A stretch of 64,000 nt of DNA, from contig PKYA01000062.1 in assembly GCA_003133545.1 (NCBI GenBank), forward strand, positions 7,135-71,134, given 5' to 3'. Shown here piece after piece: positions 62,091 to 64,000 of the stretch (position 1 is its first letter; each line of letters begins with the position of its first letter). The translations under genes and the position numbers were made by a program. Source of the stretch: Acidimicrobiaceae bacterium (GTDB lineage Bacteria; Actinomycetota; Acidimicrobiia; Acidimicrobiales; RAAP-2). The notes under the pieces are model-generated. The model did not search any database. It was not told the origin of the DNA and worked only from the letters and a program-made list of their open reading frames with translations.

Positions 62091-63716
62091 GTGGCGGGCA
62101 CGGAGAGCCCGACGGCCGAGCCCTGGTGGAAGGCCGGGGTCCTGTACCAGGTCTACCCCCGCTCCTTCGCCGACTCCGACGCCGACGGCGTGGGCGACCT
62201 GCCCGGGGTCATCGCACATCTCGACCACCTCGAATGGCTCGGCGTCGACGGCATCTGGTTGTCGCCGGTGACGCGCTCACCCAACGCCGACTGGGGCTAC
62301 GACGTGTCGGACTTCACCTCCATTGCGCCCGAGCTCGGGACCCTCGACGACCTCGACCGCCTCATCGCGCAGGCGCGCCGCCGTGGGATCCGTGTGCTCA
62401 TGGACCTGGTCCCCAACCACACCAGTGATCAGCATCCGTGGTTCTTGGACGCGCGTTCTGCGCGCACCGCGGCCAAGCGCGACTGGTACGTCTGGGCTGA
62501 TCCCAAAGAGGACGGCTCGCCGCCGAACAACTGGGTCAGCAGCTTCGGCGGGCCCGCCTGGACGCCCGACCCCGGGTCCGGGCAGTCCTACCTGCACAAT
62601 CACCTCTCCGTCCAGCCCGACCTCAACTGGTGGAACGAGGAGGTGCGCCAGGTCTTCGACGGGATCATGCGCTTCTGGTGGGACCGGGGGTTGGCGGGTT
62701 TCCGGATCGATGTGTGCAACGTCATCATCAAAGATGCCGAGCTGCGCGACAACCCGCCGGCCACCGAGGAAGACGATCTCGAGGCTCAGCTCTTCGGGCA
62801 ACGATCGGTGTACAACGCCAACCGGCCCGAGGTGCACGAGGTCATCCGGCGCTGGCGCACGTTGGCCGAGGAGTACGACGCACCCCGCGTCCTCATCGGG
62901 GAGACCCCGGTCCCTGTCGGCGAGCTGGCGGCGTACTACGGCGACGGCCGCGACGAGCTCCACCTGTCCTTCAACTTCCCGTTCATCAGCGCGCCGCTCG
63001 AGCCGGCCGCCATGCGGTCGATCGTCGAGGAGACCGAGGTGGCCTTGCCCGCGGGCGCCTGGCCCGCCTGGACCGGCTCGAACCACGACATGTTCCGCTT
63101 GGCCACGCGCTGGGCGGAAGGTGACCCCCGCAAGGTGCGAGTCGCCCTGATGCTCCTGCTGAGCCTGCGCGGCACCCCTGTCCTGTACCAGGGCGACGAG
63201 ATCGGCCTGGCCAACACGGAGCTGGCCCACGAGGACATGCGCGATCCCCTCGGCGTCCGCTACTGGCCTTACTACGCGGGGCGCGACGCCGGCCGCACCC
63301 CGATGCCCTGGCGGGACGCGCCTGGGGGCGGTTTCACCGAGCCGGGGGTGCGCCCGTGGCTCCCCCTGGGTGACGTCCACGCCTGCAACGTCGAAAGCCA
63401 GCGGTCCGATCCGCACTCCACGCTCACCTTGGTGCGCGCCCTGATCGCCCTGCGACGTCAGGAGGCGGACCTCGCCGTCGGGGCGTACCGCACCCTCCCC
63501 GCGCCCGAGGGCGTCTGGGCTTTCGCCCGGGGTGATCGCCACATTGTGGTGCTCAACATGGCCGACCGGGGGGCGACCGTGCCCGGGATCGAGGGGACCG
63601 TGCGTATCAGCACCGAAGCCGCCCGCGCCGGGGAGCCCGTGACCGGGACGCTGGAGCTCCGGGCGTGGGAGGGCCTCATAGGGGCAACGAGGAGCGCGCC
63701 GACCACAGCGCGCTGA
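62091..63716 (+). CDS. GH13 alpha-glucosidase / oligo-1,6-glucosidase-like enzyme
   Basis: WWKAGVLYQVYPRSFADSDADGVGDL, GVDGIWLSP, DLVPNHTSDQHPWF, GFRIDV, VLIGET, SNHD. GTG start at 62091. Confidence 0.88.
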   Translation: MAGTESPTAEPWWKAGVLYQVYPRSFADSDADGVGDLPGVIAHLDHLEWLGVDGIWLSPVTRSPNADWGYDVSDFTSIAPELGTLDDLDRLIAQARRRGIRVLMDLVPNHTSDQHPWFLDARSARTAAKRDWYVWADPKEDGSPPNNWVSSFGGPAWTPDPGSGQSYLHNHLSVQPDLNWWNEEVRQVFDGIMRFWWDRGLAGFRIDVCNVIIKDAELRDNPPATEEDDLEAQLFGQRSVYNANRPEVHEVIRRWRTLAEEYDAPRVLIGETPVPVGELAAYYGDGRDELHLSFNFPFISAPLEPAAMRSIVEETEVALPAGAWPAWTGSNHDMFRLATRWAEGDPRKVRVALMLLLSLRGTPVLYQGDEIGLANTELAHEDMRDPLGVRYWPYYAGRDAGRTPMPWRDAPGGGFTEPGVRPWLPLGDVHACNVESQRSDPHSTLTLVRALIALRRQEADLAVGAYRTLPAPEGVWAFARGDRHIVVLNMADRGATVPGIEGTVRISTEAARAGEPVTGTLELRAWEGLIGATRSAPTTAR

Positions 63717-64000
63717 CGTCGACGAACGGCGCGGTGCAGGGCGGGCCATCCGCCGCCCAGATCCGGGGGCGTACCGCCGGGTCGTCGCCACAGAGGATGA
63801 TGCACGACGAGCGGGTCCCGTAGTCCTCGAGGTGCACGCAGTTGGACGAGGATTTGGGGCCGCTTTCCGCATGGGCCGAGAGATCGGGCGCGTGATCGGC
63901 CAGCACATGTCGGAGCGCACTGACCGTGCCCTCCGCGTCCAAGTTGGTGCCCAGGGAGCCGGCGACACGCTCGGCCTTGGTGGAGGGCGCCCCGAGGGGC
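63676..64000 (-). CDS. C-terminal part of an unidentified protein (5' end outside the window)
   Basis: Open frame to the window edge with strong GC3 bias (...KAERVAGSLGTNLDAEGTVSALRHVLADHAPDLSAHAESGPKSSSNCVHLEDYGTRSSCIILCGDDP...). Overlaps the glucosidase 3' end by 41 nt. No family recognised. Confidence 0.35.
   Translation of the reverse strand, partial: PLGAPSTKAERVAGSLGTNLDAEGTVSALRHVLADHAPDLSAHAESGPKSSSNCVHLEDYGTRSSCIILCGDDPAVRPRIWAADGPPCTAPFVDVSALWSARSSLPL

Overview
High-GC, Actinomycetota-like chromosomal window, densely coded on both strands. All family calls below come from reading motifs in the translations; no database search was possible. GTG/TTG starts and 4-nt start/stop overlaps are frequent, and long Arg/Gly/Pro-rich shadow ORFs are common. 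Layout: (1) 0-18.8 kb is core-like. It holds a truncated FAD oxidase, a UvrD-like helicase, a hydrolase/MurF-like/Ddl operon, a sigma-like/secreted-protein/LysM-SARP operon, an APH-type kinase, an aldehyde dehydrogenase, a CHAP amidase, an AT3-SGNH acyltransferase, a repeat lipoprotein and an IMPase. (2) tRNA-Val(TAC) lies at 18829-18902, immediately followed by a Phd/VapC toxin-antitoxin pair. (3) About 19.6-45.7 kb is a heterogeneous region with visibly more A/T-rich spacers and accessory-type genes. These are a class III cyclase-STAND-TPR giant, methyltransferases, an orphan FtsX permease, hemerythrins, DinB/VOC/ADH enzymes, a Tat-hemerythrin/beta-propeller operon, a Tet(M)/OtrA-like ribosomal protection GTPase coupled to an MFS pump, a membrane-anchored TIR protein and a Bcr/CflA MFS pump. 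No integrase or transposase is visible. (4) 45.7-64 kb holds an AT3 acyltransferase, a LOG/TIGR00725 protein, Ku, a YCII + ECF42-type sigma pair, a tightly coupled 5-gene operon around phosphosulfolactate synthase (ComA), an SGNH hydrolase, EttA, an acyl-CoA desaturase, a PhyH-like dioxygenase and a GH13 alpha-glucosidase. No rRNA, CRISPR array or recognisable IS element was found. Best candidates for something new: the TIR-TM-duplicated ectodomain protein (41.5-43.2 kb), the histidine phosphatase-ComA-VOC-AMP ligase-AT3 operon (52.6-57.2 kb), the membrane-anchored MurF-like ligase with Ddl (2.4-5.8 kb), and the membrane-tethered LysM-SARP regulator operon (5.8-9.9 kb).
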